Shown piece after piece: positions 45,608 to 54,721 of a stretch of 64,000 nt of DNA (position 1 is the stretch's first letter; each line of letters begins with the position of its first letter). The notes under the pieces were generated by a model, which searched no databases, was not told the DNA's origin, and saw only the letters and a program-made list of their open reading frames with translations. The stretch is from Gammaproteobacteria bacterium (GTDB taxonomy: Bacteria; Pseudomonadota; Gammaproteobacteria; Pseudomonadales; Azotimanducaceae): the NCBI GenBank assembly GCA_026707045.1, contig JAPOXO010000031.1:15654-79653 (forward strand), read 5' to 3'. The position numbers were made by a program, and so were the translations under genes.

Positions 45608-46063
45608 GTGCGCAGACAAAGTACACACATCGAAAACAGTTTACAAGCAAGCCTCACCATATTCACTGCGACGATGCTGATTCCAGCTTGCACGATCCTA
45701 TCCGAATCCGAACAACTGTCGGATTTACCAGTACAAACAGAAAGTGCCGAATCGCAATTGGATCACGAAGCTGAATATGAAAAAGCCAAACAGGAATGCG
45801 CTGATGCTGGAGGGCAATGGGTTTGGTATATGCATGGTGATGGGCCTGAGTTCTATACCTATTCCATGCGTTGCTGGGACAAGGATGATCCCCCACGTAA
45901 ACCGGGTAGTCCGCGTTGGAAGGAGCCCGCTCTATTGCCCTACGAGGTGTATGTTGTTCACTCTCGAGCAACCAATAGGGTAATTGAGTTTTCTCGGGTT
46001 GATTCAGACTCCAAGGAGGAACCCAAAGACGGCGTTAAAGATGTTCAAAATCCAACCGAGTAG
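45608..46063 (+). CDS. small lipoprotein, third member of the 26788/27646 family
   Basis: Lipobox-like MLIPAC and the shared blocks AKQECADAGGQW, RC, LLPY and FSRV. Confidence 0.55.
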   Translation: MRRQSTHIENSLQASLTIFTATMLIPACTILSESEQLSDLPVQTESAESQLDHEAEYEKAKQECADAGGQWVWYMHGDGPEFYTYSMRCWDKDDPPRKPGSPRWKEPALLPYEVYVVHSRATNRVIEFSRVDSDSKEEPKDGVKDVQNPTE

Positions 46064-46384
46064 CTGGATATTAGGGTCCGATTTCAACTTAACCATTGGA
46101 AAGGTGCGAATATCGTCCAGTACCGACACTTGGCCAATTCAGCCTGCTTTTGAGTCAGTCCTATACGTGCCTACACCTCGCAAGCAAACAAAGCATGAAT
46201 CTAGCTTTTCCATTTGGCAAGTTCGGAGCTTCTCGGGACGTTGTGAGACATGAATACGAAATGGCGTATGGAGATATAGATGAAATTGAGCTGCGCTCGA
46301 ATAACGGGGCTCGATTTAGAATCCACGTGAGTTTCGTGAAACTTTCGCCCTACTCGATAATCCAATTTCTCAGACGTTCCGCGA

Positions 46385-47077
46385 TTGGTTGAATCAATTG
46401 TGAGTAGTGAAAATCGCAACCGCCGCAGCTCGAAATTTCAGGGCTTAGCGCACTGGTTTGGGCTAGCTGTTGCGATTGTTCTAATTGGTTCGTTCGGCAC
46501 ATATTATTTCTGGCCAAATGGGGACACGCCGGTCGGCGAGTCCCTAGAACCAGACAAACAGTTAGATGACTCAGTTACCAAAGAGACTCCTGAGCAACAG
46601 TTTCCACCTCGAAAGTTGCGTCAGGCTTGGTACAAGACAAGCGGGAAGGATGCGAAACTGATTGAACGACCGCAAGATCTGCCGGGCGACTCTAGCTATG
46701 TCACACTAACAGGAGAGTATGATCAATGGTTGCTTGGTACTCCAGTCGAGATTGCTATACCTCAAATCGGGAAACGGTATCGTTCAGTCGTCGATCGAAT
46801 TGCCCCTGATGAATTCGGAAACGTGACCATTCACGCCAAGCCCGATGCAGACGAAGAGGAGTTTCTGCGCCTGATCCTGACTTTCAATAGTGCGCAGACA
46901 CTTGCTTATGTTTCGACTACTTCAGGAAGCTATGAACTGACTGGCACGGAGACAGGAGGATGGATTACATCGACAAGCAGTCTCCAAAAGAAAAGAGACT
47001 ACTCGCTTAAGGACGTGTTGGAAACGCAACGCGATCGTCACGCCAACACCAAATACGTGCCTCCAAGAGAGGATTGA
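46385..47077 (+). CDS. membrane-anchored hypothetical protein
   Basis: 230 aa with one N-terminal TM helix (WFGLAVAIVLIGSFGTYYFW). It ends 66 nt upstream of the giant exoprotein gene. Confidence 0.5.
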   Translation: MVESIVSSENRNRRSSKFQGLAHWFGLAVAIVLIGSFGTYYFWPNGDTPVGESLEPDKQLDDSVTKETPEQQFPPRKLRQAWYKTSGKDAKLIERPQDLPGDSSYVTLTGEYDQWLLGTPVEIAIPQIGKRYRSVVDRIAPDEFGNVTIHAKPDADEEEFLRLILTFNSAQTLAYVSTTSGSYELTGTETGGWITSTSSLQKKRDYSLKDVLETQRDRHANTKYVPPRED

Positions 47078-47143
47078 GTTTCCTGCCGCTGTGGAACATG
47101 TTTCGGTGAGAGTTTTTAGCAATTTGTGAGAGGAGTTGGGTTC

Positions 47144-50100
47144 ATGCAGAACATTATTCGCTGCTTTTTCGTCGGAATCTTTGGATTCGCCACGTTTGCA
47201 CTGAACGCCCAGCTTGAATGGGCACGCGTGGGCATCGTTTGCCCATGTACTCTTGAAAGCGAAGATGGCGCAACCGCGACTGTCCAATTCGGTCTTCAAA
47301 ATTACGAGGACTACCCCACCGAAAACCTGTGGGCCACGATCGCTGTGACGGGTTATTTCGACGACGAGGAATTCAGCGAGGAGGAATCGTTGTTTCTCGG
47401 AACAGCCCCCTTGAACTTTGGCTTGTCTGAACTCGAAGAGGTAGCTTCCAACAGCTATGAGATCGAATTTGGTCAATTGCCCGCTGGACGAGTCTATCTC
47501 GAGTTGATGATTCATGAGGGCCGGAGACCCACATTTGCTTCGCTCTTGGATACAGTTTGGTTCGAAGGTGAGACGGAAATGCCATTTGCGTCTCTCTCCA
47601 AACGTGATATGGATTTCCTGAGAGATACCGATGGGGATGGGATAGGCGATGTAAACGAGGAATTCATGAATACGGATCCTAGCGACCCAGAGGACTTTCC
47701 GAGCAAACCGGAGATAGATGTCCTGGTCGCCTACGAATCGGGGATACAGTCAGTGTTGCCGGGCGATGATACCGCTCAACAAATCAGCCACATTTTTGCA
47801 GTGACCAATTTCTTGTTCGAAAGGAGCGGATCTCCCCTCAGCTTTCGACTGGTCGGTACATTGGACGAGACTGAGGTACCTGAAATCGAAAACGGGAATT
47901 TCTTCCTGCCGGAAGAGTTGAGAGACCAGTATCAAGAGCAATACGGCGCTGACTTGATTGTGGTGTTTCATCCAGGCTCAACCGGTCTCTGCGGCATTGC
48001 GGAGGATATCGGAGGATGGCGTGGACGAGGGTTCATTCACCCCTTGAATCGAGCAATCTTGACGCACGTGTGGTTGAACCCCTCGATTTGCCCGATTAAT
48101 GTCACGGCCCATGAAATCGGACATCTTGTGGGGTTGGGTCATTCCTATGTTCAAGGCTCGGTCGGTACCTACTATTGGTCTCGAGGTCACGGTGAACATG
48201 ACGAGTTCGGCACCGTGATGTCGTATGCGGAATCCGCCTACAACGGAATTGACATCGACAAGTTCTCCAATCCCGAAGAGGACTGCAACGGTAAGCCGTG
48301 TGGAGTTTCGCACGAGCTGACTAACCACGAGAGGAGCTCGGATTCGGCATTGACGGTAAACGTTACCAAGTATCAGGTTGCATTAACGGGGAGTCCTCCT
48401 TCCGATCTTGACGTCGACGGCGATGGTTTTGCCGCTGATACCGATGTCTTTCCGCTTGATTCGACCGAGTGGTTAGATTCGGACGGAGACGGTCATGGTG
48501 ATAACGGAGACCAGTTTCCCAGTCTTGCGTCCGAATGGGCAGACACCGATGGAGACGGAATTGGTGACAACTCGGATCCCGACATTGACGACGACGGAGT
48601 CCTCAACCAAGATGATGCTGATCCGTTCAATTCCGAGGTTTCCACGGTGAGGATTCTTAATGTCGTGAGCGGACACATCAACGATGGGTGGGGCACGGAG
48701 ATTCTGCTCACCGGCGATTGGGACAACGACGGGCTGGACGACATAGCAATCTCTGCTCCTGAAATCACAAACGACGACCGGGAGGGAGTGGGAGCGGTGT
48801 ACTTGTTGTCCACGGACGGACTCACACAGGAACCGCTCGATGGCGAACTTCAGGACAGCCGACGCGAGATTGGTCATCTGATTGCCGAGGATCATGCGTG
48901 GGCCATCCACGGCATGGATGAAATTGGCGAAATTGGTAGGCACATGGCGTTCCTTTCCGTACCTGCAGAATCAGGAACCAGTGGCTACCTCTTGCTTTCG
49001 TCAGAGCGAAGTTTGTACATGATTCAACTGGACGACGCGACGTTGAACTCATTCGATTCACTGGACGGCGTAGAAGATCGACATCTCCATCTCGAGTACT
49101 GTCCTGAGAGCCTCGGTTGCTTGTTTGCAGGAGAGAACGAGAATTTCGAAGTGGAGGGAATTGTCGCGATGCGGGACCGCGACAACGACGGAACCTCCGA
49201 TTTTGCCGTTCTGGGCACTAGCCAAGACCCCTTCGAGGTCAACTTGTACCTACTTACACACGCCGCGCTAGTTACATTCGAGCCTGAATCGGAGGCAGAC
49301 GATGGAGCATTCGATCAATTCGTCTCGGAGTTTGACACGACCTTCCGCTTACATGCAGTTTTTTATCCACAGAACCTAAGCTTGACAAACTTGGGCAACT
49401 TGACGGGATTGGAAGCAGATGAATTGGGGATAGGACTGGAGCGTGCTCCAGGGGGCTCCGACGGCGTTGTCTATATCGTCAATACAGATGTTGTTTTTCT
49501 AACCGACGTAAATGATGGTTCAACCGACGGAGAAGTTCACCTAGACGACTTGCCCAGTGTGGACAGTGGTTCGTACAAAATCACTATGCCCGGAACGTCT
49601 TCGTTTGGTCGTTCGCTTAGTTCAATGGCTGATTCAGACGATGACGACCGACCCGAAGTCTTGATGTGGAGCCGGTTTGAACCTCATGTTTTGCTTACTT
49701 CCGAAGGACTTGAAAACTTGGACGAGCGAGACGGCACGACTGACGGAATAATTTCGATTGTCGACTCTTCGTTCGAATACTCCGGAGTTTGGTACTTCTA
49801 CGACGTCCAAGCTAGAAGCGAGGCGTCTCAAACCGTCCTGAACTCGACATTCGACAAGCCAAGCAGCCACATTCTCGCTCAGTACAGCAGGGGTTTACTT
49901 GTGGTCGAGGTGGACGATCTTGGAGAAATGGACGATCCCAATCCCAATCAGCGCGATGGACAAATCAGTTTCCAATCTCTATTGGGCCGACCTGGTGTAT
50001 TTCGGCTACAAATACCTCGGGATCTCAGACCAGGTACAAGTCTCAGCGGCATTTCTCCCCTAGGCGATCTTGACGACGACGGAGTGCTCGACTTCGTGTT

Positions 50101-52519
50101 TGCGGCCGAATCACAACGAGCGGACAGGCAGTCGACAAGTGCTGTTAATGTCATGTTTTCCTCCTCGTTCTCGACGATCGACCGAGCCGACGGTGAAGAG
50201 GACGGAATTCTGCGGCTGCACAACAATCTGAACGACACCGATGGCGACGGAATTGCGAATTTGCACGATTTGGACGACGACAATGACGGTGCGATCGACC
50301 AGTACGACCTTTATCCTCTTCATAGCAATGCGATTTACGATGCGGACGGAGACGGAACGGCGAACGTTATTGATGCGTTTCCCGATGATTCTGGTGTAGA
50401 TTCCGACCTAGATGGAGACGGAATAGGGGATCGACGTGACTCCGATACGGACGGAGACGGCATCGAAGACTTTGAGGACCAGTTTCCATTTGACACGGAT
50501 AACGACGGATTGGACAACTACGAAGACTTGGACGACGACAACGATGGGTTGGAAGACGAATTCGATGCCTTTCCTCTCGATTCCAACGAGCAATACGACA
50601 CGGATGGAGATGGATATGGTGACAATGTCGATCTTTTTGCCGACGATGAGAACGAGTGGCAGGACTCGGACCTCGATGGTATTGGAGACAACGGGGACCT
50701 AGACGACGACAACGACGGTTACGAAGACGACATAGATTATTTTCCCTTCAATCCGGATGAATGGTTGGACTCCGATGGCGACGGAATTGGAGACAATGCC
50801 GATCAGTTTCCGAACAATCCGTTTGAATGGGAGGACCAAGACAATGACGGACTTGGCGACAATCTAGGGTCCGCGGGAATCGCCATCCACCGAATCGAGT
50901 CGGACTGGGTGGCGTTCAGTTTTTTCTTTGGTATCCAAGCTGCTTCGGCACACAATCTTTGGGACTATGACTCAACGGGTGGTCCAAAGTTACTCATCCA
51001 AGGTGGTAGCCCCAATGATCCGAGAGGTGCCCTGCATCTGCTTTCAAGCACAGACTTGGGTCAGCTCGATGCGGTCGATCAACAAACGAATCAAACTATC
51101 CAGATTGGGGAAATTGCAGACGGTGCCCAAAGCTGGGAATTCCGTGGGCCACGTTCTTCTGACGTACTCTACGAGAACTATGGTGCTGTGACCGATGTAG
51201 ACGGAGACACGATCGGCGATTTGATTATCGGAAGCCCCTACGAGGAGAATGGACACGGAGCCATCTTCGTAGTCTACGGAAACCAACTTGTGGATGCAGA
51301 TTCCATCGATGGAACATTAGATGGGAGGATCAACCATACACAGTGTTCATTTCCCGGCACTTGTGCCGCGGTCTTCAATTCGAGTGAAAGTTACTTTGGA
51401 AGCAGCGCAACATCTTTAAATGGATTTTTTGGCGAGAACACATCGGTTTTAGCCATCACGAACTACTTTACCACCCAAAGGCCGGAAGGAGACTCGGAGG
51501 GCAGACCCTTAGTTCACCTATTGTCCAATACAGCCATATTGAATGAAGTAGAAGATTTGCAAAACGGCGATCTTGAACTGAATCGACTGCAAGAAAGGGA
51601 TGGTACCTACCAGATCTACTCCGAGTCTGATGAAGATTTTGCGTCTCCTTTTGCCGCCACAGTGCATCAAGTAATCGACTACGACAACGACGAAGCGGAA
51701 GACTTGATCGTTGCACTTCCTTTCAATGACGCAACCTATTTCCTAGCGTCGAGCGATATCGTGCAGGCGGATTCGGACGATGGAGAAGACGATGGACTGA
51801 TTGACGTGTTGAACATCGTGAAAAGGCCTAATAGCTACAGACTCGATGGTTTCACTCCCACGCTGTCATCTACCCGGACAACGTCGTGGGGAAGTAGTTC
51901 TAGTGGGGCTCATTATGTGCCGGTGACTGGTGGTGGTGAACACTATCTGCTGGACGTATCGGAACTCGAAAAACATATGGACTCGGGCGACGACGCGGAC
52001 GAAGAAGCGGACGGCATCATCACGGGAATCAAAACAGCGGACACCAACTCATGGATGCTTCAAGGTTTATCCGATCTCGAGGTATGCAACAGCGGCACTG
52101 ATCATCCCGACACCCGTGTCGTTGGATATTCGAACGCATTCGACGGACAAAGTTTCTACTTGTTCACATTGGACCAAATGCGTGACTGGCAAGAAGAATC
52201 AGGCGTCTCGACCAATTTTGTGGATGTAACCGAGGCGTTTTCAAGTGGTACTTCGGGAATTTGGTCCATTGGTCTCGGCGGTCTCAACGACGACCTGGAT
52301 AGCTTTCAGGTTTCGTGTGTGGGTGATTGGGACGGCGATGGTGAAGAGGATCTAACTGTGTCGATAGTGCAGGCTCGCTTCAGCTTTATCGAATCTAGAG
52401 CGAAGGCAACGGTATTCCTAATTATGACAGGAGATTTGCCGGCATTAGACGGTATTGACGGTACAGTGGACAATGAAGTTGATCTCTCACTACTTTGGAG
52501 GAAAGCGACAGACGAATAG
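47144..52519 (+). CDS. giant secreted metzincin-type zinc protease / TSP3-repeat / FG-GAP-repeat protein
   Basis: The ATG at 47144 is preceded by GAGGAG (the track ORF starts at a GTG at 47126), and the signal peptide ends ALNA-Q. HEIGHLVGLGH lies at 48110-48142, followed by the Met-turn VMSY. Two clusters of thrombospondin type-3 Ca-binding repeats (DxDGDGxGDxxD) are present. FG-GAP/integrin-alpha-like segments occur (GDWDNDGLDDIAISAP...GAVYLL; DVDGDTIGDLIIGSP...GAIFVVYG). Confidence 0.85.
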   Translation: MQNIIRCFFVGIFGFATFALNAQLEWARVGIVCPCTLESEDGATATVQFGLQNYEDYPTENLWATIAVTGYFDDEEFSEEESLFLGTAPLNFGLSELEEVASNSYEIEFGQLPAGRVYLELMIHEGRRPTFASLLDTVWFEGETEMPFASLSKRDMDFLRDTDGDGIGDVNEEFMNTDPSDPEDFPSKPEIDVLVAYESGIQSVLPGDDTAQQISHIFAVTNFLFERSGSPLSFRLVGTLDETEVPEIENGNFFLPEELRDQYQEQYGADLIVVFHPGSTGLCGIAEDIGGWRGRGFIHPLNRAILTHVWLNPSICPINVTAHEIGHLVGLGHSYVQGSVGTYYWSRGHGEHDEFGTVMSYAESAYNGIDIDKFSNPEEDCNGKPCGVSHELTNHERSSDSALTVNVTKYQVALTGSPPSDLDVDGDGFAADTDVFPLDSTEWLDSDGDGHGDNGDQFPSLASEWADTDGDGIGDNSDPDIDDDGVLNQDDADPFNSEVSTVRILNVVSGHINDGWGTEILLTGDWDNDGLDDIAISAPEITNDDREGVGAVYLLSTDGLTQEPLDGELQDSRREIGHLIAEDHAWAIHGMDEIGEIGRHMAFLSVPAESGTSGYLLLSSERSLYMIQLDDATLNSFDSLDGVEDRHLHLEYCPESLGCLFAGENENFEVEGIVAMRDRDNDGTSDFAVLGTSQDPFEVNLYLLTHAALVTFEPESEADDGAFDQFVSEFDTTFRLHAVFYPQNLSLTNLGNLTGLEADELGIGLERAPGGSDGVVYIVNTDVVFLTDVNDGSTDGEVHLDDLPSVDSGSYKITMPGTSSFGRSLSSMADSDDDDRPEVLMWSRFEPHVLLTSEGLENLDERDGTTDGIISIVDSSFEYSGVWYFYDVQARSEASQTVLNSTFDKPSSHILAQYSRGLLVVEVDDLGEMDDPNPNQRDGQISFQSLLGRPGVFRLQIPRDLRPGTSLSGISPLGDLDDDGVLDFVFAAESQRADRQSTSAVNVMFSSSFSTIDRADGEEDGILRLHNNLNDTDGDGIANLHDLDDDNDGAIDQYDLYPLHSNAIYDADGDGTANVIDAFPDDSGVDSDLDGDGIGDRRDSDTDGDGIEDFEDQFPFDTDNDGLDNYEDLDDDNDGLEDEFDAFPLDSNEQYDTDGDGYGDNVDLFADDENEWQDSDLDGIGDNGDLDDDNDGYEDDIDYFPFNPDEWLDSDGDGIGDNADQFPNNPFEWEDQDNDGLGDNLGSAGIAIHRIESDWVAFSFFFGIQAASAHNLWDYDSTGGPKLLIQGGSPNDPRGALHLLSSTDLGQLDAVDQQTNQTIQIGEIADGAQSWEFRGPRSSDVLYENYGAVTDVDGDTIGDLIIGSPYEENGHGAIFVVYGNQLVDADSIDGTLDGRINHTQCSFPGTCAAVFNSSESYFGSSATSLNGFFGENTSVLAITNYFTTQRPEGDSEGRPLVHLLSNTAILNEVEDLQNGDLELNRLQERDGTYQIYSESDEDFASPFAATVHQVIDYDNDEAEDLIVALPFNDATYFLASSDIVQADSDDGEDDGLIDVLNIVKRPNSYRLDGFTPTLSSTRTTSWGSSSSGAHYVPVTGGGEHYLLDVSELEKHMDSGDDADEEADGIITGIKTADTNSWMLQGLSDLEVCNSGTDHPDTRVVGYSNAFDGQSFYLFTLDQMRDWQEESGVSTNFVDVTEAFSSGTSGIWSIGLGGLNDDLDSFQVSCVGDWDGDGEEDLTVSIVQARFSFIESRAKATVFLIMTGDLPALDGIDGTVDNEVDLSLLWRKATDE
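48400..48640 (+). repeat. coding TSP3-type Asp-rich repeat cluster 1
   Basis: DVDGDGFAADTD / DSDGDGHGDNGD / DTDGDGIGDNSD / DIDDDGVLNQDD. Confidence 0.7.
50221..50870 (+). repeat. coding TSP3-type Asp-rich repeat cluster 2 (about 14 units)
   Basis: Reiterated D-x-D-G-D-G-[IY]-G-D-N units give a periodic gacggagacgg-type DNA pattern. Confidence 0.7.
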
Positions 52520-52711
52520 TCCATCTAAGTTAGCAGTGAGCGGATCGGCACGCTTCGGAATCTGTTGAGTTGAAGACCGAAATTGGACTGAAACTCTAGT
52601 CCTTGGCATCTGACCGAGTAGACTCGGTGAAGCCCAACCGAGATGGCGTCAGATTTGCCGGATCTATTTCAGGTGGCATTGAGATGGCGTTCTGGCCCGA
52701 GAAACGACCAG

Positions 52712-53278
52712 TTAGAGTGTCATCCTCCTAAGCACGTCATGCTTGTCGATCCAGCGGTGCTTTGCGACACCTAGAAGATGCGTAACAACCAATGCAAGGA
52801 TTGTGTACGCCGCCCACATGTGAAGCGATTCGCTTAGCTCCTCTCCGTTGGTGCCTGGCCAATTCTCCACGGTGGGAAACACTTTGGGCATATTCAGGCC
52901 AAACCAAGTTACTTCGTCTCCGCCAAGATTGACGTTCGCCCACCCCAAAGTCACGACTATGGCAGGCAGTACGTAGAGCAAAGCGTGTGTCCAATACGCA
53001 GGGACTGCATCCCATTTTGAAATTGCTTCTGGAAGCGGTGGCGGACGGTGCATCACCCAGGTGATTACCCGCGCAACCAGTAGAAACAGCAAGGTCACAC
53101 CGATCCAAATGTGCAAATTGAGAAGAATCTCCCGCAAGAGAGTTTCGTCCTGAACAAGATTTGCCATTGAATAGCCGCAGATCCACATGAACGCGAAGCA
53201 CACTGCCATTGTCCAGTGAATTATGCGCGCCGAAATGTGATACTTGCCATCCGTCGTTGTGGTGCAATGCTTTGTCAT
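52712..53278 (-). CDS. cytochrome b561 family protein
   Basis: 188 aa with four TM helices. Conserved histidines sit in the expected helices (ARIIHWTMA, LHIWIG, THALLY, VTHLLGVAKH). Confidence 0.7.
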   Translation of the reverse strand: MTKHCTTTTDGKYHISARIIHWTMAVCFAFMWICGYSMANLVQDETLLREILLNLHIWIGVTLLFLLVARVITWVMHRPPPLPEAISKWDAVPAYWTHALLYVLPAIVVTLGWANVNLGGDEVTWFGLNMPKVFPTVENWPGTNGEELSESLHMWAAYTILALVVTHLLGVAKHRWIDKHDVLRRMTL

Positions 53279-53661
53279 TAGCGTCTTCAGAGTGGTAATC
53301 AGCTGGGCTCTAACGAGGAAATTTCATTGATTGAGGAAGTAAACATACATCCAGATGATGCTGTCTCTGGTTTCGGGAAATTCTACATCGCCTGAAACAA
53401 GTGCTCAGGACGATTTAGAACGGCTGGCCAACAACTGAACTGTCCCAATGGGTTACTTCTGGTGGTGATTGCGCAGTGGCAATGAATATTAGAGGTCCTC
53501 ACAAGAACTTGCAAGAATCAGTAGAAGGGCAATGTTGTACATCCCCAACCCAACGAAACGCCGCCTTTGTTGCTGGCGCTGAGGATTTTTTCAGATCTTC
53601 CGTACTTGTCTTACATCTCTTTCAGCACAGGAAATTTTGCTTTTCAATAGAGCCAATGCAG

Positions 53662-54348
53662 TCATAATCTCCACTGTAGATCAAATTCAAAGGCGGTGTC
53701 CATTTGGGGGAAATCGTCGTAATAAACAAAAGACAGTGAAGCAGATACTCGTCGATCCTTGAGAGCGACTCGCACGCCCATGGATGCAAACAGCTTTGTA
53801 TCCTCGCTTGTAACTGCGACAGAGTCTGGAATGGGAACGAGCGCTTGAGCTTGAACACTTCCTCCCAACTGATACGAAAATTCTTCTTTGAAATCGGGAA
53901 ATGCAAGACCAGTATTTGCAATGAATGCAATTGGTTCCCGAAGCCGCAACTCATATACAGCAGCCACACGCAACAATGTCAAATCTAATTTGACGTTTCC
54001 ATCAAGTGTAAAGAACTCGTTGACGTCGTATACGAAGAAACGTCTTTTTATCGAAAGCTCCTGAGTAGGTCCTGCAACATAAGAGGCTTCGATCGACCAA
54101 TTCTCGTTGAAAGAATAACCGCCACCAAATCTGAACTTTGTTTCAGTACTAGATGTCGTAGCAGTAGGAGGACGAAAGCTTGAAGAGGGTCCATGGAATG
54201 CGATTTCAGTCGATTCACGCGCGGACCACTGAACAATTCCTCCGACAACGTAATAGGGAGACAATGTTGTCGCACTTGTGGAGATCGCTCCGGTCAGGAA
54301 TGCCAAGACTGCTAATGCGATTGCAACGTATGTGAGGCGAGACTTCAT
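53662..54348 (-). CDS. outer-membrane beta-barrel protein (OmpW/OmpA-like porin family)
   Basis: Signal peptide, alternating-hydrophobicity strands (FRFGGGYSF, WSIEASYV) and an amphipathic C-terminal strand. Confidence 0.5.
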   Translation of the reverse strand: MKSRLTYVAIALAVLAFLTGAISTSATTLSPYYVVGGIVQWSARESTEIAFHGPSSSFRPPTATTSSTETKFRFGGGYSFNENWSIEASYVAGPTQELSIKRRFFVYDVNEFFTLDGNVKLDLTLLRVAAVYELRLREPIAFIANTGLAFPDFKEEFSYQLGGSVQAQALVPIPDSVAVTSEDTKLFASMGVRVALKDRRVSASLSFVYYDDFPQMDTAFEFDLQWRL

Positions 54349-54721
54349 TTAGATGCTCGTTTCTCTTCTGTGTCACTCAGGATTTTAGAGTAGGACCCGG
54401 TCCCCCAATTTCATCTGGCCAGTGCCGCGAAAGCCTGCACGCAAACGGATCGAATAGCAAACGCAGTTCCAAAGCCATCGACTGCAGCAAACGCCAAAAC
54501 AAATGGGCGAAATCCAGTGACTTAAGCTACAAAAGGAAGTGAGTAGGGGCATCTGTATATGGTGAAATCTGCTCTTGATATAAGAGACTTGCTTATTCGA
54601 GCTGGAAATTCTCAGAACTTTTTTGTCCAAAACTCCAAGTTTCCTGAAGCAACACTCGCTCGAAATTGCAATTTTGATCTGCCCGCGGAATTCGGTTTGT
54701 CAGATTGAAATCACAATACCT

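Noticed and set aside
50221-50870. Periodic short DNA repeats (gacggagacgg-type) that could be mistaken for a CRISPR or VNTR array
   Set aside because: They lie in-frame within the giant ORF and encode TSP3 Asp-rich calcium-binding repeats. The unit lengths are irregular and there are no spacer-like unique segments.
52737-53267. 176-aa same-strand alternative-frame ORF overlapping the cytochrome b561 gene
   Set aside because: The translation is rich in Arg, Ser and Gly and has no TM helices. The other frame gives a coherent 4-TM haem-ligand pattern.
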